The notes: generated by a model from the sequence alone, not told the origin. Numbered from the stretch's first letter, positions 39,989 through 49,880 are shown. The stretch: 64,000 bases of DNA from Candidatus Nealsonbacteria bacterium (GCA_016181965.1 JACOYH010000007.1:7110-71109); one strand, 5' to 3'. Translations and numbers: made by a program.

Positions 39989-40744
39989 TCATATTTTCGT
40001 CTGATCGGAAAATCTCCGAAAGGCCTTTTTTGCTTTTCTGACTGTCCATAAAATATCAAAAATAATTAAAGGACCTCCTTTGCGAAAATTATTTTTGAGC
40101 CAATGCGCGCCATAGGAAAAAAAATCCCTTTTCGACCAAAAATTTCCTTCAACGGCGGTCGTTTTATTTTGAATTGACGAATATAATTCCGAGGCCGTCT
40201 TCCCCTTAAAAAGAGTATAGGCCTTGCCAACCAAATCGGCAAAATGCGCGTCGCTGCCGCCTATTGCCGCCAGCTTAAAAATTTCCTCGTTAAGACGCTG
40301 CATTTTAGCAAAGTTTTTCCTGCCTGTCCAGCCAGCGCTTAAAACCTCTGCGCCGTCAATTTGCTGCGCCAATTGGCCCAAAAGCTTCTCTCCCACCCCG
40401 TCCTGCCAAAAACTCAAGGGATGGGGAGCAAAGACCAGCCCGCCCTGCCGCTTAATCCTCTGAATTGCCTCTAAAATTGGAAGATCGGGGGGGATTGTTT
40501 CTTTAAGAAAAAGGCCGATGACCTCTCCTTCTTGGGTTAAAATTTCTTCACCGACAACAACTTCCAAGCCAAAATCAGCGGCCAATTTTTCAGCTTCTTT
40601 GGCCCCCTCAATGGTGTGATGGTCGGTGATAGCCACAACGTCAAGCTGCGCGTTCTTGGCCTTCTCTAAAACATCCCTGACGGAACTGAAGGCATCCGGG
40701 CTGTAATTTGAGTGGACATGTAAGTCGGCCTTGCCTAATTTCAT
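39989..40744 (-). CDS. PHP-domain metal-dependent phosphoesterase
   Basis: ADLHVHSNYSPDAFSS...VVAITDHHTIEGA...GGSDAHF. Confidence 0.8.
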   Translation of the reverse strand: MKLGKADLHVHSNYSPDAFSSVRDVLEKAKNAQLDVVAITDHHTIEGAKEAEKLAADFGLEVVVGEEILTQEGEVIGLFLKETIPPDLPILEAIQRIKRQGGLVFAPHPLSFWQDGVGEKLLGQLAQQIDGAEVLSAGWTGRKNFAKMQRLNEEIFKLAAIGGSDAHFADLVGKAYTLFKGKTASELYSSIQNKTTAVEGNFWSKRDFFSYGAHWLKNNFRKGGPLIIFDILWTVRKAKKAFRRFSDQTKI

Positions 40745-42294
40745 AATTTTTTTCTAAATTTTTCTGTTGGGAAAAAGCCCATGTATTTTCCAAGCATCAG
40801 CCGGGTCTGCGCATCAATAGCCGGCACCGAGCCGAAAATAATAAGTGAAAAGGGAAGGAAAATCCATTGCATCACCATAAATAGCTTTTTTTTGTTGGAA
40901 AGATTAATGGACGCCAAACGGAATAAGATAGTATTGACAACAATGCAAACTATCACGCCGGCTGAAGCGATCGTCATTAGAATTTGCGTGGTTTTGGGAA
41001 GATTATACGATAAAACGGTGCTATTGAATTGGTTTCCCCCCAGCAGCAGCGGCAGCCATCCCAAGAAAAGCAACAGCAGAGCATTGGTGCCCCAGGCCCA
41101 AAATGACTCTAAAAGCAAAAGCGTATAGCGAAACTTCTTATGAAAAGCTATTTTTTTATTTTTAAAAAATCCAAAAAGCAGATATGGAATACCCTCCGAA
41201 CCCCATGCCCACCTTCTTTGCTGTTTGTACTGGTTTAGAATAGATTGCCAGCAACTTTTGGCAGCGCAGGAATCCATTGATAAAGGATAGTGAAAGGGGA
41301 CAATCCGATAATTGCCGTCGTAAAAAAGAAAAGTCCTCCAGAATATACCGGCGTCTTCTGAAACAATGTTTGTCTGCCAAAAATCCGCCTCGACCAAGGC
41401 CTTAAAACTCATTGAATGTGACGAATAGGTGGTGAGTTTTTCCGGCCGCTGCTGCTGCATCATCTGCCAAAAAACATTGGAAGAACTGACCACGCGAGAA
41501 AAAAATGGCGCGTCTAAAACATTATTAAAGTAAAAGGGAATTGGCTGAAAGCTGACTCTGGATGACGCGGGCTCGGTGAAATAATGATAAGCCAGGCAGC
41601 TAAAATACTGGGGGTAAACCTGGGTATCGGAATCAAAACACGAAACAATAATATCTTCGTATGGAATCCCGAGCTGGTCAATGACTTGCTTTTTAACTTC
41701 TCTTCCGGCCCAGCTTTCGTTGGAACCCTTGCCGGCAATTTCACCTTCAATGCCGGCCGGATGACAAGTGACCAAAAACTTGAAAAATTTATCGCCAAAC
41801 TCTTCATTCATAATGCGAGCGGTTTCTTGCGCCTCGCTTCCCGCCCTCTCTTCGATTGCTAAAACAACAATCATTCTGCTTTTGTCGTATTGGGCCCGAA
41901 CCAATGATTGTATCGACCCCCGCAGCACCCTGATTTCTTCTTTATAAGTCGGCAGAATAACCAAATGATAAATTTCCCGGTTAGCCGCAACTGGCAGCTG
42001 CTCAAGCTTTTCCGGCCAGTTGATATTCATATTAATTTTCGTTTGTTTGTAAGCGGCAACCAAATGCAGGGCAAAGTGGCCGACTCTGACGAGCCAATAA
42101 ACGCAAAAAATAATAATAAATATGGCGGTAAAGGCCGGGAAGAGCCAGGAGAAAATAACCATGCCGATGAGAGTAATCCAAATTAAAGCGCCGGGTATTA
42201 TTTCAAATACCCGGTAAATAAGGCGTTCTTTGGCATCCTTTAAATCGCTCGCCTTGCCGACATTCAAATAATATTTTTCTGTTTTTCCGTGCAT
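40741..42294 (-). CDS. membrane-embedded processive family-2 glycosyltransferase (cellulose/chitin/PNAG-synthase-like)
   Basis: N- and C-terminal TM bundles; DxD-like FDSDTQ; QQRRWAWG (QxxRW). The ATG at 42294 overlaps the upstream stop (TAATG). The ORF-track start at 42321 is TTG. Confidence 0.75.
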   Translation of the reverse strand: MHGKTEKYYLNVGKASDLKDAKERLIYRVFEIIPGALIWITLIGMVIFSWLFPAFTAIFIIIFCVYWLVRVGHFALHLVAAYKQTKINMNINWPEKLEQLPVAANREIYHLVILPTYKEEIRVLRGSIQSLVRAQYDKSRMIVVLAIEERAGSEAQETARIMNEEFGDKFFKFLVTCHPAGIEGEIAGKGSNESWAGREVKKQVIDQLGIPYEDIIVSCFDSDTQVYPQYFSCLAYHYFTEPASSRVSFQPIPFYFNNVLDAPFFSRVVSSSNVFWQMMQQQRPEKLTTYSSHSMSFKALVEADFWQTNIVSEDAGIFWRTFLFYDGNYRIVPFHYPLSMDSCAAKSCWQSILNQYKQQRRWAWGSEGIPYLLFGFFKNKKIAFHKKFRYTLLLLESFWAWGTNALLLLFLGWLPLLLGGNQFNSTVLSYNLPKTTQILMTIASAGVIVCIVVNTILFRLASINLSNKKKLFMVMQWIFLPFSLIIFGSVPAIDAQTRLMLGKYMGFFPTEKFRKKL

Positions 42295-43283
42295 TAGAAT
42301 AATTTTTTTGCCTCGTTCCAAATTTGCGGCTCATTTTGCTTTTCTTTCATCCAGTACCACCATTCTGCGCCCCATAGGTAAAACTCTCTCAAGCCGGAAT
42401 TTCTGGCAAAATTGATGTTGGCCATAAACTGCTCCAAATCCATTGTTTTCTTCTGCTCTTCCGGCGAAACGTCATACAGGAGCTTGGGGCCCCAGGGTTC
42501 CGCCTGTAATTCTACAACAATCACCTCTTTACCAAACAATTTCTGAACGATAAGCGCCTTGCGTTGATAAAAAACCGGAGGAAAGGGGTAGGTTAGATAT
42601 TGAGCTAATTGATGGAACCAAACCTTCCTGTACATAGTCACCCCGACTACATCTCCATAATTAGCTGCTGTTGTCCACAAAGAAAATTCCCCGCTGTCTG
42701 AAATAATTACCGGCCGCTGGGCATCTAATGACTTTACCAGATTTATTTCTTTTTTCAAGAACTCCTCGTCTGTCCAAGGACAAATGCCGAAAGGGAAAGC
42801 CGGCTCGTTTTCCACCTGCCAAGCCCAAATAACCGGGGATTCTTTATACCGCAGGATTATTTCTTCAAGAAGGTTCAAAATATGTCCCTGTTGCGTTTCC
42901 ATATTGGAATTCTTGTCCCAATCTGGAACATGACATTCCGGCCAGCGCGGCGTCTTTAGGCCGATAACCAAAAGAATCTTTGCGTTTCTCTTTGCCGCCT
43001 CATGAATCTGCCAGTCCAAATCATTAAAATCGTATTCCCCCCCCTCTTTCTCTATTAAATCCCAATAACTTGCCACCTTTATTTTTTTAACGCCAAGTTC
43101 ATCCAATAAGGCCAGATAGGTTTCTTGCCAGTCCAGTCCAAGAAGCTGGGCGTGCTTTTGCGAAAAGACGATTCCCCAGCTGATATTTTCGGCCGGTTTC
43201 GCGCTACCCCAAAAAAAATATCCGGCGGCGCCAAGAATTAGTAGAATTATGGCTAATAAAATTATACCTAAGATCCTCCTCAT
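42294..43283 (-). CDS. membrane-anchored clan GH-A (TIM-barrel) glycoside hydrolase, GH42/GH5-like
   Basis: YWDLIEKEGGEYDFNDLDWQIHEAAKRNAKILLVIG...WQVENEP (NEP acid/base motif). Confidence 0.55.
   Translation of the reverse strand: MRRILGIILLAIILLILGAAGYFFWGSAKPAENISWGIVFSQKHAQLLGLDWQETYLALLDELGVKKIKVASYWDLIEKEGGEYDFNDLDWQIHEAAKRNAKILLVIGLKTPRWPECHVPDWDKNSNMETQQGHILNLLEEIILRYKESPVIWAWQVENEPAFPFGICPWTDEEFLKKEINLVKSLDAQRPVIISDSGEFSLWTTAANYGDVVGVTMYRKVWFHQLAQYLTYPFPPVFYQRKALIVQKLFGKEVIVVELQAEPWGPKLLYDVSPEEQKKTMDLEQFMANINFARNSGLREFYLWGAEWWYWMKEKQNEPQIWNEAKKLF
43037..43044. repeat. G8/C8 homopolymer inside the glycoside-hydrolase coding sequence
   Basis: cgtattCCCCCCCCtctttc, which is gag ggg ggg gaa (EGGE) on the coding strand. 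Confidence 0.9.
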
Positions 43284-44188
43284 ATTAGTGCCAGCATGGC
43301 CAGTCCTGCTCCCAAGAGCAATAGAGCCATACTTTTTTGAATTACAGCTTGCCTGTTTAATTCTTCTTTTAAAATTCGCGGAAACTTTAGAGAAAACAAA
43401 ATGGTCAAAAGAAATAAAAATCCGTACTGCGCTCCCTGCAAGGCGTTAATAAAAGCGACATAAATAAGCGGCGCTAAAGCTATGGACCAATTTTGCAGCA
43501 TATTGGCGGCGGCCCCGGCTGCCTGACCGGCAAAAAAAATAACTGCCGTTTTTCTCTTTACCGCCATTCTTTTTTGAAACAATGAACTCCTTAAATCGGC
43601 ATCAAAAAGAAAAATCAGTGAAAAAAGAGCTCCTCCCAATTTGATCCAGATCAAGCTTAATAAGAAGGGGTAGTTTAGATAAACAAATTTAGCCGAGACG
43701 AAGGAAACTGAAAGAAAAAAAGCGGCCACAATTGCGAACTTCATGCTTTTCCAAGAAAAAATCGAGGCCTTTTCCATGGTTATTAAAACACTGCCGCCTA
43801 TCAGCAGAAAGAATGCTAAAATTTGTTGCGGGGCTAATGTTTCGCGTCCCCATGAAATAAGATAAATGAGCAAAATAGTAAAAATCGGCAAGAGTCCCCC
43901 TACAGCTGGAATCATTCTTGAGGTCTCAAATTTTTTAAGGCCTTTAAAAAACCAAAAGATACCGAAGAGAAAAGTAGCGCCGGAAACAAAAGCTAAAAAC
44001 ATATCCGAAGGATTTAAAAAGTAAAGGTCAACAAAAGGCGCGAAAACCAAAACACCTATTCCTAATATACCGATATAAAAGGCATAGGCCCGGGCATTGG
44101 GAATGGAACTGGTTAAAAGATACTTATCAACCAAAAAAACGGCAGCCAATATAAAATAAGCAACAATAGTAACGATTAGCCAAAGCAT
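43280..44188 (-). CDS. 10-TM membrane protein (DMT/EamA-like transporter)
   Basis: 302 aa, almost entirely hydrophobic helices with two similar halves. Start and stop overlap both neighbours. Confidence 0.4.
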   Translation of the reverse strand: MLWLIVTIVAYFILAAVFLVDKYLLTSSIPNARAYAFYIGILGIGVLVFAPFVDLYFLNPSDMFLAFVSGATFLFGIFWFFKGLKKFETSRMIPAVGGLLPIFTILLIYLISWGRETLAPQQILAFFLLIGGSVLITMEKASIFSWKSMKFAIVAAFFLSVSFVSAKFVYLNYPFLLSLIWIKLGGALFSLIFLFDADLRSSLFQKRMAVKRKTAVIFFAGQAAGAAANMLQNWSIALAPLIYVAFINALQGAQYGFLFLLTILFSLKFPRILKEELNRQAVIQKSMALLLLGAGLAMLALI

Positions 44189-45372
44189 ATCTTAGTAATA
44201 TTTGATATTCCCGACTTTTCTCCCTTAGCAAACCCTTTTTCGGCGCAGTCGGCAAAATACCCCTTCGCCAGCCAGTCAAAAAGCCACTGGTCGGTCTTGG
44301 CGGGGTCTCCTTGCTCAATGCCAAAGCCGTTTTTTAACAGCCATGATTTGTTAAATTCCTCTTGCGAGCCGATGGGAGGCGCAATCAAAATGGGCAGGCC
44401 TAATGCCGAGTAAAAAGAAAGCTCCGATGGCTTGGTCCAAAGAATGTCGGTTGTTTTCAGCGCCTCATTAAATTTTTGGAAATAAGGGCTGATTTCTTTT
44501 TCAAAAAGAACTTTGACTTGTTTTTCCAAACCCAGTTGTTTGAGCTCTTTTACGAAATAATCTTTTACTCCCTGCCGAATACCGGCCGACAAAATAAGGC
44601 CAACCTTGCCGGCTTTAATTTTTTCTGACAAGGATTCGGCAATCTGAATAGCAATCTCTTTTTGAGCTCCGGCTCCCCCAACGGCAAACATTAAAGTTAG
44701 AAACCGTGGTTTTTTGCTTGCCGGGCCAAGATTGCGCATTCTTGCCCGAAAGGCATTTTTGGAGGCCCGCGGAAGAGGAAAGCCGGTATAAAAAATATTG
44801 CCCGGCCTTACGCCGTAGAGCTTGAGCCGTTCTGCGACTCTTTGGGTTGGCGCAAAATACTTAATTCTGCTGTTTCGCGGCTTGAGAGCAGCCCAAGCCC
44901 GAGAAACATCGGCGTCGGCAACAAGGCAATAAATATCGCCTTTATAGCCGTGAAATTCAGCCATAAAAGCCGGGATAAAAAAAGTCGCAATCAAAGGCAG
45001 CTGTCTTTTATTTAATCTTTCAACTTGGTCCCTGCCCCAGCCCTTTTGTATTAAAGAATATGTCTGTTTTAACTGAAAAGTCGGTTTGGATAGGTCTCTT
45101 TTGGGATAAAAACTTTGAATTGCCTGAAATCGGTCAAAAATACCGAAGACAATTTTGCCGATTATCGGCACGCGGTAAAATCTTGAGATAAGCTCATAAA
45201 AACTTCTGGCCCTCTCCCAGATTTTTCTGTCGTTTTCGGGAATACCCGGATAATCATTGGCATTTATAACCTGATTATTTGGAGCAAGACCAGCCAAGGG
45301 ATAGGCCGCCCTTTGATGCCCGTAGCCCATGCTCACTGCCACAATCCATGCTTTTTTATTTGAAATCGCCAT
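44176..45372 (-). CDS. GT-B-like glycosyltransferase (MurG/MGDG-synthase superfamily), uncertain
   Basis: N-terminal WIVAVSMGYGHQRAA resembles the G-rich loop of GT28/MGDG synthases. 398 aa. Confidence 0.35.
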   Translation of the reverse strand: MAISNKKAWIVAVSMGYGHQRAAYPLAGLAPNNQVINANDYPGIPENDRKIWERARSFYELISRFYRVPIIGKIVFGIFDRFQAIQSFYPKRDLSKPTFQLKQTYSLIQKGWGRDQVERLNKRQLPLIATFFIPAFMAEFHGYKGDIYCLVADADVSRAWAALKPRNSRIKYFAPTQRVAERLKLYGVRPGNIFYTGFPLPRASKNAFRARMRNLGPASKKPRFLTLMFAVGGAGAQKEIAIQIAESLSEKIKAGKVGLILSAGIRQGVKDYFVKELKQLGLEKQVKVLFEKEISPYFQKFNEALKTTDILWTKPSELSFYSALGLPILIAPPIGSQEEFNKSWLLKNGFGIEQGDPAKTDQWLFDWLAKGYFADCAEKGFAKGEKSGISNITKICFG

Positions 45373-45376
45373 ATTG

Positions 45377-46816
45377 CTAATGATATTTTAACATATTTTC
45401 CCTATTTAACCGCCAGGTAAGACAGCCCAATGCAAAGTAAGCCGCTACCAGCCAAACCCAATGAATCTTTTCTAATACTAAAAGGGCCATGGGCACGCCA
45501 GAAAACCAATGAATCAGTGTCGCAATATAAGTTAAAAAGAGCCAAGTCGGCCAAGAAAGCAAAATCCCGAGCGGGGCAATGATCATTCCGGATATTCCAA
45601 AGATAAAAATCAAAATAGTAATTGGCGCTAAAAAGGGAACAATCAAGAGGTTGGTAATCGGAGACAGCAAGGGAATGGAGCCAAAATTATACACTAAAAT
45701 TGGCAAGGCAAAAAACTGTGCTGATAAAGTAGCAGAAATAGTGGTTCTTGCGGGAAATATCTTGGGATCGGGAATTTTCCTGAACCAATAGAAAAAAATT
45801 GGCTGAAGGTAGATTAGTCCCAAAATGGCCAGAAAAGAAAGCTGAAAGCCGACGTCTATGGTTAAAAGCAGGGGGTTTTCAAGTAGCATAAGAGTTGCTG
45901 CAAATAGCACCCCCCTCGAGGCCGCTGATAAGCGACCGAGACACTGGGCCGCCATTAAAAAGAAAGCCATAAGACCGGCCCTAACCGCCGATGCAGGAGC
46001 CCCGATCATTAGAATGTAAAGAGCGAGCAGAATGATTGATAGATAAAATGCCTGTTTTCTTCGAAAGCCAACTAAAATAGCAAGAGACATTATCAAAAAA
46101 GCGATAATGGTGATATTCATCCCGGAAACAGCGGCAATGTGCCTAGTGCCCGTGATATTTAATTTATTTTTCCACTCTTTAGAAAAGCCCCTCTCGTCTC
46201 CCGAGAACAGGGCCTCTAAAAAACCTATCTGCGGCGGGGCGATAAATTTTTCGGCAGTTTCCTGAAATTTATTTTTAAAAGAAATTGTTGCGGCTATTAT
46301 CGGATTCCCCCGATCTTTTGCGATGAGCTCAATTTTCGGTAAATAAATCACCGAATAAATTCCGTCTTTGGCTAAATAATCTTTATAATTAAAATCCTCA
46401 AATGCTTGAGGAACTTGCAGCTTGCCCATAATTTTTATTTCATCGCCGTATTGATACTCCGGATATCTGCTCGCCGTCACCAAAATCTTTTCGCCTTGTT
46501 GAAGCACGGTTAGTTGAGTGCTATTTTCTCTTATATCTGATTCGCTTACTATTATTCCGGTGAAAGTAATTTGCCGCTCCGCGGGATAAACAATTTTCGA
46601 CAAAGCCGCCTGATGCCTCCATATGCCAGCCGTCAAAAACAACAGGCAAAATCCAACAACAATGCACTTCTTATGGCGCCAAAAAACGCTGATTAAAAAC
46701 ACTCCCAAAACTAAAACTCCCAGCATAATCGGCTGGAAGATAGAACTTACCGAGCTCAAAAAAATACCTCCAACAAAAGATAAGCAGAAATATAGAAAAA
46801 CTCTGGACTTTGTCAT
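45377..46816 (-). CDS. comEC: ComEC/Rec2-family DNA-uptake channel protein (no beta-lactamase domain)
   Basis: DUF4131-like N-terminus plus a competence domain (TGTRHIAAVSGMNITIIAFLI). The ATG at 46816 shares a base with the upstream TGA. Confidence 0.75.
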   Translation of the reverse strand: MTKSRVFLYFCLSFVGGIFLSSVSSIFQPIMLGVLVLGVFLISVFWRHKKCIVVGFCLLFLTAGIWRHQAALSKIVYPAERQITFTGIIVSESDIRENSTQLTVLQQGEKILVTASRYPEYQYGDEIKIMGKLQVPQAFEDFNYKDYLAKDGIYSVIYLPKIELIAKDRGNPIIAATISFKNKFQETAEKFIAPPQIGFLEALFSGDERGFSKEWKNKLNITGTRHIAAVSGMNITIIAFLIMSLAILVGFRRKQAFYLSIILLALYILMIGAPASAVRAGLMAFFLMAAQCLGRLSAASRGVLFAATLMLLENPLLLTIDVGFQLSFLAILGLIYLQPIFFYWFRKIPDPKIFPARTTISATLSAQFFALPILVYNFGSIPLLSPITNLLIVPFLAPITILIFIFGISGMIIAPLGILLSWPTWLFLTYIATLIHWFSGVPMALLVLEKIHWVWLVAAYFALGCLTWRLNRENMLKYH

Positions 46817-47094
46817 CAAGAAAAAGTCAATAAACTGGCGAGGCCTTTGATGCCCACAAAAGCAGCCAAGCCGAGCAGCAAAAAGTGCGGCAAAGAAGCA
46901 GCCAATCCAAAAACTAAAATAACGCCAACCGCTATATCAATCCAACTAAAAAAATTCGTAATAAAAAGCACGCCTTTCAAAATCATAACGGCGCCAATCG
47001 CCAAGGCCATGCCTCCGGGGGCGGCCATGCCGTAGGCGCCTGACACAAAAAGAAGCCCTGCCAATATGTCTATAAAACCAAGTATTTTTGTCAT
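46816..47094 (-). CDS. small (92 aa) three-TM membrane protein
   Basis: MTKILGFIDILAGLLFVSGAYGMAAPGGMALAIGAVMILKGVLF... Confidence 0.45.
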   Translation of the reverse strand: MTKILGFIDILAGLLFVSGAYGMAAPGGMALAIGAVMILKGVLFITNFFSWIDIAVGVILVFGLAASLPHFLLLGLAAFVGIKGLASLLTFS

Positions 47095-47105
47095 TTTCTC
47101 GTATA

Positions 47106-47597
47106 TTAATATTCTATGCCTTTAACGGCTTTAACGCCCCGCCTAAAATAATGCTTAACTTCTTTGAATTCAGTAATCAGATCGGCTTTGTCGCAAATAT
47201 CTTTACTGGCGCTTCTGCCTGTCAGAATAATATGCTTATTGTTGTCCTGCGCGTCTAAAAAAGATAAGACCTCTTTGCCGCTTATCAAATTAAATTTCAA
47301 GGCCACATTGATTTCGTCCATAATAATCATCTTGTATTTCTCGGCTTCTTTTTCAAGGAACCGCAGGCCTTTCCTTGCCAAAAGAGCGTCTTTCGCGCCA
47401 AAGGGAGCGAATCCTCTTCTGCCAAATGTCTTGATATCAAAATTTTCAATCCGTTTAATTATTTTATTTTCTGAAGAAGCGCTTGTTTTGAGAAACTGAA
47501 CCATTAAGACCTTTTGCCCCGCTCCCGCGGCTCTAATTCCCATGCCCAGAGCAGAGGTTGTTTTACCCTTGCCATTGCCCGTTAAAACAAAAATCAT
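47106..47597 (-). CDS. ATP:cob(I)alamin adenosyltransferase (CobA/CobO/BtuR family)
   Basis: P-loop LTGNGKGKTTSALG...VQFLK...DEINVALKF...ILTGR....L...ADLITE...KH. Confidence 0.75.
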   Translation of the reverse strand: MIFVLTGNGKGKTTSALGMGIRAAGAGQKVLMVQFLKTSASSENKIIKRIENFDIKTFGRRGFAPFGAKDALLARKGLRFLEKEAEKYKMIIMDEINVALKFNLISGKEVLSFLDAQDNNKHIILTGRSASKDICDKADLITEFKEVKHYFRRGVKAVKGIEY

Positions 47598-47600
47598 ATT

Positions 47601-49781
47601 TTAAATATTACAAGTGGGGCAGCTGCCGGGAGGCAGGTCGGGCAGTTCGGGAGAAGGGTCTCTCAACTCCGGCGGCACTTCTGTCTCGGGCACTTTTTTC
47701 TCAACGGGCAATTCTTTCTGCCCTTTCGTCTTGATGTTCAATACCTGCTGCTGTCGGCTGCCTGTTCTGAAAACAGTAATCCCCTTGCATCGCAGATCGA
47801 AAGCCAAAAAATAGGCCCCTCTAATGTCATCCTCCGAGGCCTCATAAGGAAAATTAATGGTTTTAGAAACAGCATTGTCGCTGTATTTTTGGAAAGCTGC
47901 TTGCGCTCTGACATGATCTTCCGGAGTTATGTCAAAAGCAGTTACAAAAATCTTCCGCACTTCTTTTGGAATTTCTTCTATTTCCTGAATACTCGCCTCG
48001 CCCGCCGCTTTTTCCAAAACACTGCTGCCGTCTAATTTTTTATTTTCGAGCATTTCTTCAAATAAAGGATTTGTCTCGGTCATTTCTTCGCCTCCCAGCA
48101 CGTGTTTTCTGGTGAAAGAAACCGCGAAAAGCGGTTCAATGCCCGAAGAACAACCGGCGATTATGCCAATTGTTCCCGTCGGAGCAATCGTTGTGGTAGT
48201 GGAATTTCTCAATGGCTCAGCCCCATCGGTGTCATAAATACTGCCCCGGAAATTTGGAAAAGGCCCTCTCTCTTTGGCCATTTCGCGGGAAGCCGCCTTG
48301 GATTCGTCTTGTATAAATTGCATTATTTTTTCGGCCGTTTGCAGCGCTTCTTTTGAATTGTAGGGTGTTTCCAGTCGAATCAGCATATCGGCAAAACCCA
48401 TCACCCCTAAGCCAATTTTGCGGTTGCCCTTAGTCATCTCTTCGATTTCTTTTAAGGGATAACGGTTGACTTCAATGACGTTGTCCAAAAATCTGGTAGC
48501 TGTGCGGATGGTGTGTTTCAATTTTTGCCAATCAATTTCCCACTTGTCTTCTCCTTTCTTTTTCAGCATCTTTTGCAAATTGATACTGCCAAGGTTGCAC
48601 GATTCGTATGGCAATAACGGTTGTTCGCCGCATGGATTTGTGCTTTCAATTTCGCCGAGCTTGGGAGTAGGATTTTGTTCGTTTATCCTATCAATAAAGA
48701 TAACGCCCGGATCTCCGGTTTCCCAAGCATAACGAGTAATCAGTTCAAAGACCGTTTTTGCGTTTAGAGCCCCCCAAACCTGGCTTGTTCTGGGATTTAT
48801 TAAATCATAATCCTGGTCTTTTCTTGCTTTCTCCATGAACTCATCGGTAACGGCAACCGAGATGTTGAAATTAGAGAGAATTCCCTCCTCGTGCTTAGCG
48901 GTAATAAACTCCATAATATCGGGGTGGTCTACTCGCAGTATGCCCATGTTGGCTCCTCTTCTTTTGCCGCCCTGCTTGATGGTGTTAGTGGCTGCGTCGA
49001 AAACAGTCATAAAACTAATGGGACCCGAAGCCACGCCTTTGGTGCTTTTCACTACGTCGCCTCGGGGACGCAAACGAGTAAAACTAAAACCGGTCCCTCC
49101 CCCCGACTGATGAATAAGGGCTGAATTTTTTACTGCATCAAAAATGCTGTCCAAAGAATCCTTGACCGGCAAAACAAAACAGGCCGAAAGCTGCTGCAAA
49201 ACGTTCCCGGCGTTCATTAATGTGGGAGAATTAGGCAAAAAGTCCAAAGAGGCCATCATGCGATAAAATTTTTCTTCAACTCTAAACAAATCGTCTTCGC
49301 TTAGTTCGGGATTGTATATTTTTTCTGCCGAGGCGATATTTTGAGCCACCCTTCTAAAAAGCTGCTGGGGTGTTTCAACGATCTTACCCAATTCATTTTT
49401 TTTCAAATATCTGGACTCCAGCACTCGCAAAGCGTTAGCCGATAATCTGGTTCTTACTTGGTGGTTTAAGAGCCACCATTTGGCCTCTCGAATTTCAGTT
49501 CTTTTCTGCCGATAATTGTGGTAGGCGAGGGCGACTTCCCCGAGGTTTTCCTTTTTAAAAACCTCTTCTACGGTGTCTTGGATTTGTTCGACTTCGGGAA
49601 TTTGGCCGGCGAATCTTTCGTTTAAAGCCAAAACGACCTTGTCGGAAAGACCTTCGGCCAGCTCTTCTTTCTGGCCGTTCACAATCAATGCTCTCACAAT
49701 GGCGGTAGTAATTTTTTCTTGGTTCCAGTCCACTACCCGGCCATCTCTTTTTTTGATTTTAGCAAACTTGCTCTCTATCAT
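47601..49781 (-). CDS. nrdJ: adenosylcobalamin-dependent (class II) ribonucleotide reductase with an N-terminal ATP-cone
   Basis: KIKKRDGRVVDWNQEKITTAIVRAL (ATP-cone); TNPCGEQPLLPYESCNLGSINL. No NrdB- or NrdD-type partner in the window. Confidence 0.85.
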   Translation of the reverse strand: MIESKFAKIKKRDGRVVDWNQEKITTAIVRALIVNGQKEELAEGLSDKVVLALNERFAGQIPEVEQIQDTVEEVFKKENLGEVALAYHNYRQKRTEIREAKWWLLNHQVRTRLSANALRVLESRYLKKNELGKIVETPQQLFRRVAQNIASAEKIYNPELSEDDLFRVEEKFYRMMASLDFLPNSPTLMNAGNVLQQLSACFVLPVKDSLDSIFDAVKNSALIHQSGGGTGFSFTRLRPRGDVVKSTKGVASGPISFMTVFDAATNTIKQGGKRRGANMGILRVDHPDIMEFITAKHEEGILSNFNISVAVTDEFMEKARKDQDYDLINPRTSQVWGALNAKTVFELITRYAWETGDPGVIFIDRINEQNPTPKLGEIESTNPCGEQPLLPYESCNLGSINLQKMLKKKGEDKWEIDWQKLKHTIRTATRFLDNVIEVNRYPLKEIEEMTKGNRKIGLGVMGFADMLIRLETPYNSKEALQTAEKIMQFIQDESKAASREMAKERGPFPNFRGSIYDTDGAEPLRNSTTTTIAPTGTIGIIAGCSSGIEPLFAVSFTRKHVLGGEEMTETNPLFEEMLENKKLDGSSVLEKAAGEASIQEIEEIPKEVRKIFVTAFDITPEDHVRAQAAFQKYSDNAVSKTINFPYEASEDDIRGAYFLAFDLRCKGITVFRTGSRQQQVLNIKTKGQKELPVEKKVPETEVPPELRDPSPELPDLPPGSCPTCNI

Positions 49782-49856
49782 ATTTTTGATAAAAAAATCC
49801 TTTCAAATGCAAAAGGAAGAATAAATATAAAAGAATATTATTGTATTCTACCTCAA

Positions 49857-49880
49857 CAAAAAAACAGGGTCAAACCCTGT
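49857..49880 (-). terminator. Rho-independent terminator downstream of ftsZ
   Basis: Minus-strand acagggu uug acccugu followed by U7. Confidence 0.75.
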
